This document shows, piece by piece, positions 46,391 to 55,855 of a stretch of DNA of 64,000 nucleotides. Position 1 is the stretch's first letter, and every line of letters begins with the position of its first letter. The translations under genes were made by a program, and so were the position numbers. The notes beneath the pieces were generated by a model. It had not been told where the DNA came from. It saw nothing but the letters and a program-made list of their open reading frames with translations, and searched no databases. The stretch comes from an uncultured delta proteobacterium (GTDB lineage Bacteria; Myxococcota_A; Polyangia; Polyangiales; JAFGIB01): the NCBI GenBank assembly GCA_963778655.1, contig CAVZVA010000011.1, forward strand, positions 544,001-608,000, read 5' to 3'.

Positions 46391-48445
46391 TCACGGCGCC
46401 GCGGGCCGCGAGAGCGCGCCGACGGCGACCAGGTACCAGGCCGCGTGCGGCAGCCATTGCTCCACCCAGCGCCAGTCCGTCCAGGGGTCTGCGCTGTCGT
46501 CCGAGCGCCACTGGATGCCGCTGCCGTCGTCGTTGCGTCCGGTGATGCCGTTCGAGATGCCGCCGTTCTGGTGGCCTTGCTGCGGCTTGTCCCCGGAGTA
46601 CGGCGGTGGGTTGCTGCGCCCGATGCCGGCGATGAAGCCGACGTCGTAGGGATTCTTGCCCAGGATCCAGTCGAGCTGATCGATCGCAAATCCGGCCAGC
46701 GCCGGCGGCAAGGCGCCAGGGTGCTGCGCGTCGGGGCACAGCGCGGTGCCACCGATCGCGGCTGCCGCGGCCAGCGACCCCAGGCGCGCGTTCTCGCCCT
46801 GCCACCAGTAGCCCGTCTCGTTGTCGTGGGGGATGAAGAAGCTGCTGCGCACGCCGCCGCCGGTGCTGACGTGCTGGCGCGCGTACCCGAACGGGTTCGC
46901 GACCTCGGAGGTCACGGCCAGCAGGTACTGCAGGTGGGCGGAGATCGCAGAAAGCGCCGGCTGGCGCCGGCCCGCATCGGGCTCGAGCGCGGCGTAGCGA
47001 GCCAGCGCGACCACCGGTAAGCCGGCATCCGACGCGTGCCAGAAAGGCCGTGCGCCGCCGTCCGCGATGAAGTAGCCGCTCGGGTCCAGACGCGCCGCGA
47101 GCGCGGCGGCGCGAGCGCGAGCCGCAGCCAGGTATGCCTGGCCGGCGGTGGCCGCATACAGCTCGCTCGCGGCCAGCAGAGCCGTGTAGTCGTCGATCAC
47201 GTTCTCCACCCCGTCGTCGCAGTACTCGGGGCCGTGCTGCTGCAAGTGGGCGAAGCCGCGCTCGGCGTCGGCCAGGTATTGCGCCGCCCCGAACGTGCCC
47301 GGCTTGCCCCAGCGCGCGACGCGCGCGAGCGCCGCGATCGCCATGCCGCCGCCCTCGCGAAACGCCGCCTGGAAGTCGCGCGTGCGCGTGCCCGCTTCGC
47401 CCTCGAACGCACAGATGCTGCGCGCGGTGACGTCGCCCGACCAGCCGTCGAAGACATCGATATAGAAGTAGCCGGCCGGGTCGAGCACGCGGTGCAGATA
47501 GTCAGCACCCCACAACGCTTCGCTCTCGACCTCCGCAGCCATGCTGGCCTGCAGCAGCGCGCCGCGCTCGTCGTGCAGCCAGGCGAGCGCCCAGACCACC
47601 AGCGGGATCTGCTGCGGATTCATGAAGTTGGCGTAGCTCAGGTGCGAGAGGTACTTGGAGATGTCGCCCGAGGCGTCGTACCAGCCACCGCGCACGTCGT
47701 GGGTCTCGCTGCTGCCCTCGAAGGGCACGTTCTGGTCGGCGGACCACACGTCCGGGTCGTCGGCGCGCGCGCTGCGCAGGTACGAAAGCACTTGCGCGAG
47801 CGTGCGCTGGAACAGCAGGTTGTCCTCGATCGAAAACGGCTCGCTGCGCGTGCCGTTGACCTGCAAGCGGTAGCTGCCCGGGTGATTCCAGCCGTCGAGC
47901 GCGAGCGTGTAGTAATACGGACCGCCGCCCCACTCGCTGAAGTCGACACGTTGCAGGTCGCCGCAGTACACGGGCTGGTCGCTTTGATCGAGCAGCTGGA
48001 AGCGAGAGAGCACGCCGTCGGCCTCGACCACGGCGTGCTTGGGCAGCGCGCGCTCGAAGCCGAGCTGGTCGAGGTGCAGGTGCACGCTCAGCGCCGGGTC
48101 GCTGCCCTGATCGCGCGCGTCGCAGCTCGCGCTGGCCGGGGGCGCGGCCGGCGCAAACGGACAGGGCACCGCCGGCACGCTCGGGCTGGCGGCAGGCCCG
48201 GCATCGGCCGCGGGCAGCGGGGGCCCGCCCTGCGGCACGACCGGCATACCGGCCGCGTCCCCGGCGCTGCCCGTAGCGCTCGACCCGGCCGCGGCCGCCG
48301 CCTGCGCAGGGCCGCCGCTTGCGGCGACGGACCCGGGCGAGCTCCCTTGCGTGCCGCCAGCGGGCGCGCCCGGCGCGCGCGAGCAGGCCAGCAGGCCGGC
48401 GCCGAGCACCATCGCCCCCAATCCGAGCACGGCGCGACGCGGCAT
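46391..48445 (-). CDS. GH9 glycoside hydrolase lipoprotein (exo-beta-glucosaminidase-like subfamily)
   Basis: Lipobox LLAC; GGWYDASGDISKYLSHLSYANFMNPQQIP, HDNETGYWWQGENARL and EQWLPH. Confidence 0.9.
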   Translation of the reverse strand: MPRRAVLGLGAMVLGAGLLACSRAPGAPAGGTQGSSPGSVAASGGPAQAAAAAGSSATGSAGDAAGMPVVPQGGPPLPAADAGPAASPSVPAVPCPFAPAAPPASASCDARDQGSDPALSVHLHLDQLGFERALPKHAVVEADGVLSRFQLLDQSDQPVYCGDLQRVDFSEWGGGPYYYTLALDGWNHPGSYRLQVNGTRSEPFSIEDNLLFQRTLAQVLSYLRSARADDPDVWSADQNVPFEGSSETHDVRGGWYDASGDISKYLSHLSYANFMNPQQIPLVVWALAWLHDERGALLQASMAAEVESEALWGADYLHRVLDPAGYFYIDVFDGWSGDVTARSICAFEGEAGTRTRDFQAAFREGGGMAIAALARVARWGKPGTFGAAQYLADAERGFAHLQQHGPEYCDDGVENVIDDYTALLAASELYAATAGQAYLAAARARAAALAARLDPSGYFIADGGARPFWHASDAGLPVVALARYAALEPDAGRRQPALSAISAHLQYLLAVTSEVANPFGYARQHVSTGGGVRSSFFIPHDNETGYWWQGENARLGSLAAAAAIGGTALCPDAQHPGALPPALAGFAIDQLDWILGKNPYDVGFIAGIGRSNPPPYSGDKPQQGHQNGGISNGITGRNDDGSGIQWRSDDSADPWTDWRWVEQWLPHAAWYLVAVGALSRPAAP

Positions 48446-48544
48446 CGGGGGTATGGAGCACCGCGCACGCGAGTTCGGGTCACGGCCCGCCGCGCAGGCG
48501 GCCCCGGCAGCCCGGCTGCGGCAACGGGCCCGCGGAGCCGTCCG

Positions 48545-48745
48545 TCAGAACAGGGTGTAGATGAAGGGGGCGGCGCCGCTTCCGCCGAGCAGCACCAGCA
48601 GGCCGAGCAGCAGCAGCGAGATCAGGATCGGGGCGAGCCACCACTTCTTGTTGCCGCGCAGGAAAGCCAGCAACTCCCCGGCCAGGGACGCGCGCGGGCG
48701 ACCGGCCTGCTGCAGAAAGTCTCGCTCGCTGGGCTGGTCCGGCAT
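48545..48745 (-). CDS. DUF5989 (SxtK-like) small membrane protein
   Basis: FLRGNKKWWLAPI...AAPFIYTLF. Confidence 0.9.
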   Translation of the reverse strand: MPDQPSERDFLQQAGRPRASLAGELLAFLRGNKKWWLAPILISLLLLGLLVLLGGSGAAPFIYTLF

Positions 48746-48750
48746 GGCGC

Positions 48751-49188
48751 TCAATACTGGCGAAAGTAGCTGTCCGGCCTGCGGGCCCCGTCAGGCTCGC
48801 CGAAGTAACTGTCGGCGGCGCGATCGAAGCGCCGCTTCAACGGGTCGCGTCGCGTGAGCTTCATCATGAGCGCAACCGGACCCAGCACCAGGAAAAATAG
48901 CACCAGCAGGGCGAGGTAGGACAGCACCACGCCCGCCGGAAAGGCGAGCACGCTGAGCGCGATGTACAACGGCCGATTGGCGCGCGGATGCAACAGCGCG
49001 AACAGCCCGCTCAACAGGCCTAGCCCCGCAAGCCCGAGCGCGAGCGGCAGCCGCGCCGCACCCAGGCCCGCCTGCTGCGCGGCTTTCGCCGCGAGCAAGC
49101 CGAGTACCAGCAGCGCGATCGCGCCGAAGCGGCGCAGCCGCGTGCGGTCGGGATGGAGATCAAGCTCGAGCAGAGGCACGCGTTTCAA
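48751..49188 (-). CDS. SxtJ family membrane protein
   Basis: LRRFG, FFLVLGP, DPLKRRFD and YFRQY; between carbamoyltransferase and DUF5989. Confidence 0.85.
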   Translation of the reverse strand: MKRVPLLELDLHPDRTRLRRFGAIALLVLGLLAAKAAQQAGLGAARLPLALGLAGLGLLSGLFALLHPRANRPLYIALSVLAFPAGVVLSYLALLVLFFLVLGPVALMMKLTRRDPLKRRFDRAADSYFGEPDGARRPDSYFRQY

Positions 49189-51023
49189 TCCGGCGCAAAG
49201 GCGGCCTGGTAGGCGGCGCGGTCGACACGGGCGGCCGCCGGCTGGCGCTCGCGCAACAATAGACAGCGCTCGACCACCAGCGCGTCCATCGCGGTGGCCA
49301 TGAAGCAGCGGTATGCCTCGGCCGGGGTGTTGACGATCGGCTCGCCGCGCACGTTGAAGCTGGTGTTGATCAGCGCCGGACAGCCGGTGCGCCGCTCGAA
49401 GGCCTTGAGGATCTTGTAGAAGCGCGGAAAGCGCTCGGAGTCGACCGACTGCACGCGCGCCGAGTAGTCGACGTGGGTGACGGCGGGCAGCGTCGAGCGC
49501 ACCTCGCTCACGCGCTCGAGGCCGCGGGCTTGCTCACCCCCCTGGCCTGCCGGCGCCACGCGCTGCTGGGGTCGCACGGCCGCGGCCAGCAGCATGTAGG
49601 GACTGTGTTGTCCTTCGCGCAGCTCGAAGTACTCGTGCGCGCGCTCCTGCAGGATCGCCGGCGCAAAGGGCCGGAACGACTCCCTGAGCTTGATCGCAAG
49701 GTTCATCGTGCGCTGCATCGTGGGCGAGCGCGGATCACCCAGAATGGAGCGCGATCCGAGCGCGCGCGGGCCGAACTCCATCCTGCCGGCGAAGTGTCCG
49801 ACCACGCGCCCGGCCGCGATCAGCTCGGCGATGCGCTCCACCAGCGCGTCCTCGCTGGCGAAGGGCTCGTAGACGGCGCCCAGCGCATCGAGCTGGCGCC
49901 GCACCTCCTGGTCGGCGTACGCCGGTCCCAGCAGCGAGCCACGCTGGCGATCGCCGCCGGCGGGCAAGCGCGGATGACCGAGCAGCTGGTGCCACACGAA
50001 CAACGCCGCCCCCAGCGCCCCGCCGGCGTCGCCCGCGGCGGGCTGGATCCACAGCTGCTCGAAGGGACCCTCGCGCGAAAGCCGGCCGTTGGCCACGCAG
50101 TTGAGTGCCACGCCGCCCGCGAGCACCAGCCGCTTGGCGGAGGTAAGCGCATGGGCATGGCGCGCGATGCGCAGCACGATCTCCTCGGTCACCGCCTGGA
50201 TCGAAGCGGCCAGGTCCATTTCGCGCTGCGTGATCGGGGTCTCGGGCTTGCGCGGCGGACCATCGAACAGCTCGGCCATCGCCGTAGACGTCATCACGTC
50301 GTCGCGAGTGTAGCCGAAGTAGCGCATGTCCAGCCGAAACGAGCCGTCCGGTTTCAGATCCACGAGCTGGCCAAGGATGCGCTCCTTGTAGCGGGGCGAG
50401 CCGTACGCGGCCAAGCCCATCAGCTTGTGCTCGCCGCTGTTGACCTTGAAGCCCGTGAAGTAGGTCAGCGCGGAATACAGCAGACCGAGCGAGTGCGGGA
50501 AGCGCAGCTCGCGCAACATCTGCAGCCGGTTGCCGCGTCCGATCGCGATGCTGCCGGTCGTCCATTCGCCGACGCCGTCGAGCGTGAGGATCGCCGCTTC
50601 GTCGTAGGGCGATGGGAAGAATGCACTTGCCGCGTGCGACTCGTGGTGCTGCAGAAACACGTAGCGCCCGCGGTACGTGCCGCCGAGGCCGCGGTCGAGC
50701 TGGCGCGGGATGTGCAGCTTCTTCTCCAGCCACGTGGGCAGGCCAAGCGAGAACAGCCTGAATCCGCGGGGCCAGGACGCGAGGTAAGTCTCGAGCAGCC
50801 GGTCGAGCTTGAGCAGCGGCTTGTCGTAGAACGCGACCAGGTCGAGCTCGCCGGCCTGCAGGCCGGCCTCGGCCAGACAGTACTGCAGGGCCTGAAGCGG
50901 AAAGCGCGCGTCGTGCTTCTTGCGCGTGAAACGCTCCTCCTGCGCGGCGGCGACGATCTCGCCGTCCCGAACCAGGCAGGCCGCGCTGTCGTGGTAAAAA
51001 GCCGAGAGCCCGAGAATGTTCAC
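49185..51023 (-). CDS. Carbamoyltransferase (NodU/CmcH family)
   Basis: AFYHDSAA, QEERFTRKKH, HHESHAASAF, GGVALNC, EFGPRALG and NTSFNVRGEP. Confidence 0.95.
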   Translation of the reverse strand: MNILGLSAFYHDSAACLVRDGEIVAAAQEERFTRKKHDARFPLQALQYCLAEAGLQAGELDLVAFYDKPLLKLDRLLETYLASWPRGFRLFSLGLPTWLEKKLHIPRQLDRGLGGTYRGRYVFLQHHESHAASAFFPSPYDEAAILTLDGVGEWTTGSIAIGRGNRLQMLRELRFPHSLGLLYSALTYFTGFKVNSGEHKLMGLAAYGSPRYKERILGQLVDLKPDGSFRLDMRYFGYTRDDVMTSTAMAELFDGPPRKPETPITQREMDLAASIQAVTEEIVLRIARHAHALTSAKRLVLAGGVALNCVANGRLSREGPFEQLWIQPAAGDAGGALGAALFVWHQLLGHPRLPAGGDRQRGSLLGPAYADQEVRRQLDALGAVYEPFASEDALVERIAELIAAGRVVGHFAGRMEFGPRALGSRSILGDPRSPTMQRTMNLAIKLRESFRPFAPAILQERAHEYFELREGQHSPYMLLAAAVRPQQRVAPAGQGGEQARGLERVSEVRSTLPAVTHVDYSARVQSVDSERFPRFYKILKAFERRTGCPALINTSFNVRGEPIVNTPAEAYRCFMATAMDALVVERCLLLRERQPAAARVDRAAYQAAFAPD

Positions 51024-51044
51024 GCGCCGCGCTCGGCCGTGCGC

Positions 51045-51383
51045 TCAACGCCGGCCGCGCGGACCGCCAGGGCCGCGCGGGCCGGGGGGACGCCGCCCGC
51101 CGCCGCCACCCTCGCGCGCGCCGGGGCCGCCGCTGGGCTCGCGCGCCTCGTTGATGCGCAGCGCACGGCCGTCGAGCTCCTGACCGTCGAGCTGCTCGAT
51201 CGCGGCCTGCGCGTCCTCGGGCGTTTCCAGCGCGACGAAGGCAAACCCGCGAGGATTGCCGGTGTCGCGATCACGGGGCATGTAGACGTCGGTCACTTTG
51301 CGGCCGTGCCCCTCGAAGAACGCGCGAAGCGCGTCCTCACTGGTGTTGTAGGACAGGTTTCCGACGTAGAGCTTGCTCTTCAT
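51045..51383 (-). CDS. RRM RNA-binding protein with Gly/Arg tail
   Basis: KLYVGNLSY (RNP2), RGFAFV (RNP1) and GRALRINEAR; GGAG RBS. Confidence 0.95.
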   Translation of the reverse strand: MKSKLYVGNLSYNTSEDALRAFFEGHGRKVTDVYMPRDRDTGNPRGFAFVALETPEDAQAAIEQLDGQELDGRALRINEAREPSGGPGAREGGGGGRRPPGPRGPGGPRGRR

Positions 51384-51660
51384 GGTTCTTCTCCCGGACT
51401 CGCGATCAGTCGTGCTCGCTGCTGCAGTTGCGCCCGAAGGGAACAGACGTGCGAGCTCGGAGAAGGAGCTGCCGAAGCGACCGGCCGGTCTTGCCACGAG
51501 CAGTACGATGTCTCTCGGGACACTCGCAGCGTAGCACAGCGCACAGGCGCGTTCGAGCGCGGCAGCAAGCCGCGCTCGAACGCGAAAACAGAGTCGGATC
51601 ACATAGTTGAGTGCGCGAGCGCAAACCCGGTCTGGGCGCGTCCACGCGGTCGCGGTCCGC

Positions 51661-52164
51661 TCACATGATGATGCCGCAGCCGATGCGCGCGCCGCCGGTG
51701 CCATGCACCACGACGGCGTGGCCGATCACGTTGGTGGTCGCCGCACCGCCCACGCTCCAGGCGAGCGTCGGATCGGTCGCCGCACGCGTCAGCGTGGTGG
51801 ACCCGGTCGTGCCCGTGCAGACGATGTTGGGGATGCCCTCGCCGCGCGTCATGTCCCAGTGGCCGCCCTGGCTCGTCTCGTCCGCGCAGCTCGTGCCCTG
51901 GTGGATGTGCACCGGGAGCCCGCCCACCACGTCGGCGGGACAGTTGTTGACGGTGATCTGGACCGTGACGTCGGTCCCGCTCTGGGTGAAGGTCGCGGTC
52001 CCGCTCACCGTGCCGCCGTTGAAGCCCACGATCTGTGCCGCCGCTGTCGTGCCGACGGCCCCGTTGCCGGCGCCGCCGCCGCCGTTGCTGCTGCTCTTCT
52101 TGCACGCTCCAAGCGCGAGCGCGCACGCCGCCACTACTAGCCACTGTCCGAAGCCCGTCTTCAT
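51661..52164 (-). CDS. sodC: SodC-family lipoprotein, probably Cu-only
   Basis: Lipobox LGAC; VHIH..TSC, GGHW, GHAVVVH and GARIGCG; HxGD zinc loop absent. Confidence 0.8.
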   Translation of the reverse strand: MKTGFGQWLVVAACALALGACKKSSSNGGGGAGNGAVGTTAAAQIVGFNGGTVSGTATFTQSGTDVTVQITVNNCPADVVGGLPVHIHQGTSCADETSQGGHWDMTRGEGIPNIVCTGTTGSTTLTRAATDPTLAWSVGGAATTNVIGHAVVVHGTGGARIGCGIIM

Positions 52165-52306
52165 GAGTGCGTATCCTTTCCAGTCCGCCGTCACCACCTG
52201 ACGCGGAGGCTGGCGCACTGTAGGTACAGCGCTTGCGCTTCCGCAAGCCCCCGGCTCACGGACCGGAATGTTTCGGTTTGCGCGCGGCCGACGCCGCGGC
52301 CGCGCC

Positions 52307-53242
52307 TCATTTCTCGCTGCGCAAGTACTTGAGCAGCGGCGCATCAGTGGACAGAACGATGTCGGTGTGGTCGTCCACGATCGAGCCGTAGGCGTCGAGC
52401 GTCTTGAGAAAAGCGTATAGCTCGGGGTCCTTGCCGTAGGCCTGGGCGTAGATGACCGCCGCCTGCGCGTCCGCACGTCCGCGAATTTCCTCGGCTTTTT
52501 GGTAGGCCTCGGAGCGGATCCGGAGCTTCTCGCGCTCCACCTTGCCCTCGATCTCCGCGCGCTTGCCCTGGCCCTCCGAGCGGTAGCGCTCGGCGATGCG
52601 CTTGCGCTCGGAAATCATGCGCTCGAACACCTTCTGCTGCACGCTGTCGACGTAGTTGACGTGCTTGAGCTTGACGTCCTCGAGCTCGATTCCGTACTCG
52701 GGCATCACCTTGGACGCCTTGTCGAGCACCAACCCGGCCAGGCGCTCGCGTCCGATCGTGGGCACGAACGCGCTCTGATCGGTCTGGGTGTCGTCGGTCT
52801 CGTCGCCGCGCTCGAACTTGCGCGCGCTCGAGCGCACGATGTCGATCAAATCGTGGCTGGCGATCACGTTGCGCACCTCGCCGTCGATGATGTCGTCCAG
52901 GCGCGATTGCGCGCTGGACTCGTCGTGCAACCGCTTGAAGAACTTGATCGGGTCGGCGATGCGCCAGCGCGCGAATGCGTCGATCCAGATGTACTTCTTG
53001 TCGCGGGTCGGGATCTGATTGGGCGCGCCCTCCCACTCCAGCCAGCGCTTGTCGAAGCTGTGGACCTCCTGCACCAGCGGCACCTTCCAGTGCAGGCCGG
53101 CCTGCTTCACCGCTCCGCCCATGATCTTGCCGAATTCGGTGATCAGCACCTGCTCGTTTTCGGCAACGGTGAAGACCGCGCTCTCGGCCACGATCAGCAC
53201 GATGGTGAGCAGCGCGGCCCCGATCAAGAAACGCGAGCTCAT
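52307..53242 (-). CDS. hflC: FtsH modulator HflC
   Basis: GLHWKVP, TRDKK..IDAFARWRI, RMISER and YAQAYGKDPE. Confidence 0.95.
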   Translation of the reverse strand: MSSRFLIGAALLTIVLIVAESAVFTVAENEQVLITEFGKIMGGAVKQAGLHWKVPLVQEVHSFDKRWLEWEGAPNQIPTRDKKYIWIDAFARWRIADPIKFFKRLHDESSAQSRLDDIIDGEVRNVIASHDLIDIVRSSARKFERGDETDDTQTDQSAFVPTIGRERLAGLVLDKASKVMPEYGIELEDVKLKHVNYVDSVQQKVFERMISERKRIAERYRSEGQGKRAEIEGKVEREKLRIRSEAYQKAEEIRGRADAQAAVIYAQAYGKDPELYAFLKTLDAYGSIVDDHTDIVLSTDAPLLKYLRSEK

Positions 53243-54261
53243 GGCTGGTCTCCTTTCGAGAGTTGCTTGCCTTGTTCGAGGGAAAACAGCGGCAGCACGC
53301 CCTTGACCTTGTCGTCGATGAAGATGCGGCGGCGCGCCGCCGGCAGCACCTTGGCCATCTTCTCGAGGTACAGGCGCGAGCGGGTAACCGCTGGCGCCTT
53401 GGCGTACTCGGTCTGGAGCGCGGTGAAGCGGGCCACGTCGCCGCGCGCGTCGTTGACCCGCTCGGCGGCGTAGCCCTCCGCGTTCTGCACCTGCTGCTCG
53501 GCCTTGCCCTGCGCCTCGGGCACCACAGAGTTGTAGGCGGCCCAGGCCTGGTTGACCGCGCGCTCGCGCTCCTGGATCGCCTGGTTGACCTCGTTGAACG
53601 ACTCGCGCACCGGCCCCGGCGGATTGACGTCCTGCAGCACCAGCTGCAGCACGTCGATGCCCATCTGGTAGCGGTTGCACAGCCGTTGCAGCTCGTCCTT
53701 GGCCGCCATCTGGATCTGCTCGCGGCCCACGGTCAGCACCTCGGTGACGCTGTGGTCGCCGACCACCGTACGCATCACCGCCTCGCTCAGATCGCGCAGG
53801 GTGTTGTGCACCTCGCGCACGCGAAACACGTACTGGTAGGGATTCTTCACCTTGTACTGCACGATCCACTCGACGTCGGCCACGTTGAGGTCGCCGGTCA
53901 GCATGCGCGCCTCCTTGCGCGTCTCGTCGGTCTCCTCGTACTGGCTGCGTACGGCGGAGCGCACGGTGCGAAAGCCGAACTCGTCCTTGAGCTGGCGCTG
54001 CACCGGCACCTTGATCACACGCTCGATGCCGAAGGGCCAGCGGAAGTGCGGCCCCGGCTGCGCGCTGTAGACATAGGCGCCGAAACGCGTGACCAGCGCG
54101 ACCTGATCGGGCTCGACCTGGTAGTACGAGCTGTAGGCCCCGACCGCGACCAGCACGAGCACGAGCACCAGCGGCACGCGGCTGCGCAGCACGCCGAGCA
54201 GACCGCCGCCGAGCCCGCCCCGCGAGCCACCGCCGTACGACCCTCCGTTCTTGCCGGGCAT
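53239..54261 (-). CDS. hflK: FtsH modulator HflK
   Basis: PGPHFRWP, MLTGDLN, DVNPP, AEGY and TRSRLYLE. Confidence 0.95.
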   Translation of the reverse strand: MPGKNGGSYGGGSRGGLGGGLLGVLRSRVPLVLVLVLVAVGAYSSYYQVEPDQVALVTRFGAYVYSAQPGPHFRWPFGIERVIKVPVQRQLKDEFGFRTVRSAVRSQYEETDETRKEARMLTGDLNVADVEWIVQYKVKNPYQYVFRVREVHNTLRDLSEAVMRTVVGDHSVTEVLTVGREQIQMAAKDELQRLCNRYQMGIDVLQLVLQDVNPPGPVRESFNEVNQAIQERERAVNQAWAAYNSVVPEAQGKAEQQVQNAEGYAAERVNDARGDVARFTALQTEYAKAPAVTRSRLYLEKMAKVLPAARRRIFIDDKVKGVLPLFSLEQGKQLSKGDQP

Positions 54262-54467
54262 CTTCGTCTCCTGGCGGCGCGCCGGCGCGTGTCGCGCCTC
54301 GCCTCGCCGCGTGTGATGGAAGCGCCGCGCCCGGCGCCCCGCATGCCTGAGCGCGCTGTGGTCCGAGACCCACGCGCCGAGGCTGGAGCATAGGGGAGAG
54401 GGCGCGCCGATGCCACCGGGCTTTTGCGCTCAGGCGCGCCAAAGGACCGATCACCGCGAGCTCTGAT

Positions 54468-55577
54468 TCAGGGCCGGCGGCGGTAGCGCAGCGGCTGCAG
54501 GCGCGGCTCGCGCGCGGCCGCGCGCGCACGCGCGTCGCGCACCAGCCCGTGTTGCGGCGAGAGCTCGCACGCGGGATCGGTGGCAGCCGCGTCGCCTAGC
54601 AGGTGGAACGCCTGACAGCGGCAGCCGCCGAAATCGAGCGTGCGTCGCTCGCAGCTCTTGCACGGTTCCTGCATGAACGCCTCGCCGCGAAACGCCTGCA
54701 GCCCCTCCGAGCGCGCCCAGATCTGCGACAGCGGCTGCTCGCCCACGCGCTCGAAGCGCAGCCCGTCGATGGTGTGAGCCTGGTGGCAGGGCAGCACCAG
54801 CCCGTCGGGGCTCACCAGCAAGTAGCGGCGACCCCAGCCGTCCATGCACGCGCGCGGGCGGGTCGCGTGGTAGTCGGGCAGCACGAACAGCAGCTCCATG
54901 CGCCCCGCCACGCGCGCACGCGCCTCGGCTGCCTGCGCGCGCGCTCTCTCGATCTGCTCGGCGCTCGGCAGCAGCGCCTCACGGTTCTGCAGCGCCCAGC
55001 CCAGGTACTGTGTGTTGGCGAGCTCGAGCCGCTCCGCGCCGAGCGAGAGCGCCAGCTCCACCAGCTCCGGCACCTGCGCGATGTTCTCGCGGTGCAGCAC
55101 CACGTTGAGCGTGAGCGGCAGCCCGAGCTCGCCCGCCCAGCGCGCCGCCTGCAGCTTCTGCGCGAGCCAGGCCCGCCCGGCGATGCGCTCGGCGTCGCGC
55201 TCGTGCACGCCCTGCACCGAGATCTGGATGTTGCACAGCCCGCGTGCCTGCAGCCCGGCCAGCCGCTCGCGGCTGAGCGGCACCGCGCTGGTGATCAGGT
55301 TTACGTACAACCCGAGCTGGTGACCGCGCGCCACCAGCGCCTCGAGATCGGGCCGCAGCAGCGGCTCGCCGCCGGTCAGGTGCAGCTGCACCACGCCGAG
55401 CGCCTCCGCTTCCGCGAGCACGCGCTCCCAGACCCCCGTCTGCAGCTCTTCGCCCTGCTCGCGCAACGCGACCGGATTGGAGCAGTACACGCAGCGCAGC
55501 GGACAGCGATACGTCAGCTCCGCGATCAACGTGTACGGCCGTGGCGCGGCACTGCTCACGGCGACGTCGTCGCTCAT
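54468..55577 (-). CDS. pqqE: PQQ biosynthesis radical SAM protein
   Basis: AELTYRCPLRCVYCSNP, CMDGWG, PCH and DFGGCRCQA. Confidence 0.96.
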   Translation of the reverse strand: MSDDVAVSSAAPRPYTLIAELTYRCPLRCVYCSNPVALREQGEELQTGVWERVLAEAEALGVVQLHLTGGEPLLRPDLEALVARGHQLGLYVNLITSAVPLSRERLAGLQARGLCNIQISVQGVHERDAERIAGRAWLAQKLQAARWAGELGLPLTLNVVLHRENIAQVPELVELALSLGAERLELANTQYLGWALQNREALLPSAEQIERARAQAAEARARVAGRMELLFVLPDYHATRPRACMDGWGRRYLLVSPDGLVLPCHQAHTIDGLRFERVGEQPLSQIWARSEGLQAFRGEAFMQEPCKSCERRTLDFGGCRCQAFHLLGDAAATDPACELSPQHGLVRDARARAAAREPRLQPLRYRRRP

Positions 55578-55855
55578 GACGTGAGCTCCAGCAGGTTGCG
55601 GTCGAGCAGCGCCTGCAGAAAGGCGTGGACATCCTGCTCGATGCGCGCACGCGCGCCAGCGCCGGAGCCCGCGGCCAAGCGCTCCACGATCTCGACCACG
55701 CGGTGGTTGCCGGTGCACAGCTCGGCCACCGCCGCCGCGGTCTGATTGAGCGCCAGGCCTTTTTCCGGGTAGAGCAGCATGTGGCGGCCGGAATGCCGAT
55801 CGAAGCGCAAACGCACCTTGCGCGCCAGCCGCGGCCGCATGTCCGGCTCGATCAT
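55574..55855 (-). CDS. pqqD: PQQ peptide chaperone (RRE)
   Basis: RFDR...LLYPE...LNQTAAAVAELC; overlaps pqqC and pqqE. Confidence 0.93.
   Translation of the reverse strand: MIEPDMRPRLARKVRLRFDRHSGRHMLLYPEKGLALNQTAAAVAELCTGNHRVVEIVERLAAGSGAGARARIEQDVHAFLQALLDRNLLELTS

Noticed and set aside
46388..46393. Selenocysteine or readthrough at the GH9 TGA into the in-frame membrane fragment
   Set aside because: GH9 is complete at the stop, I recognise no SECIS, and a deletion junction is simpler
48545..51023. Saxitoxin biosynthesis cluster
   Set aside because: No sxtA, sxtG or other core genes; the trio is widespread
52307..54261. hflKC as the missing PqqA-processing protease system
   Set aside because: About 200-bp gap with its own candidate -10 (TATGCT); HflKC are not proteases; adjacency is the only support
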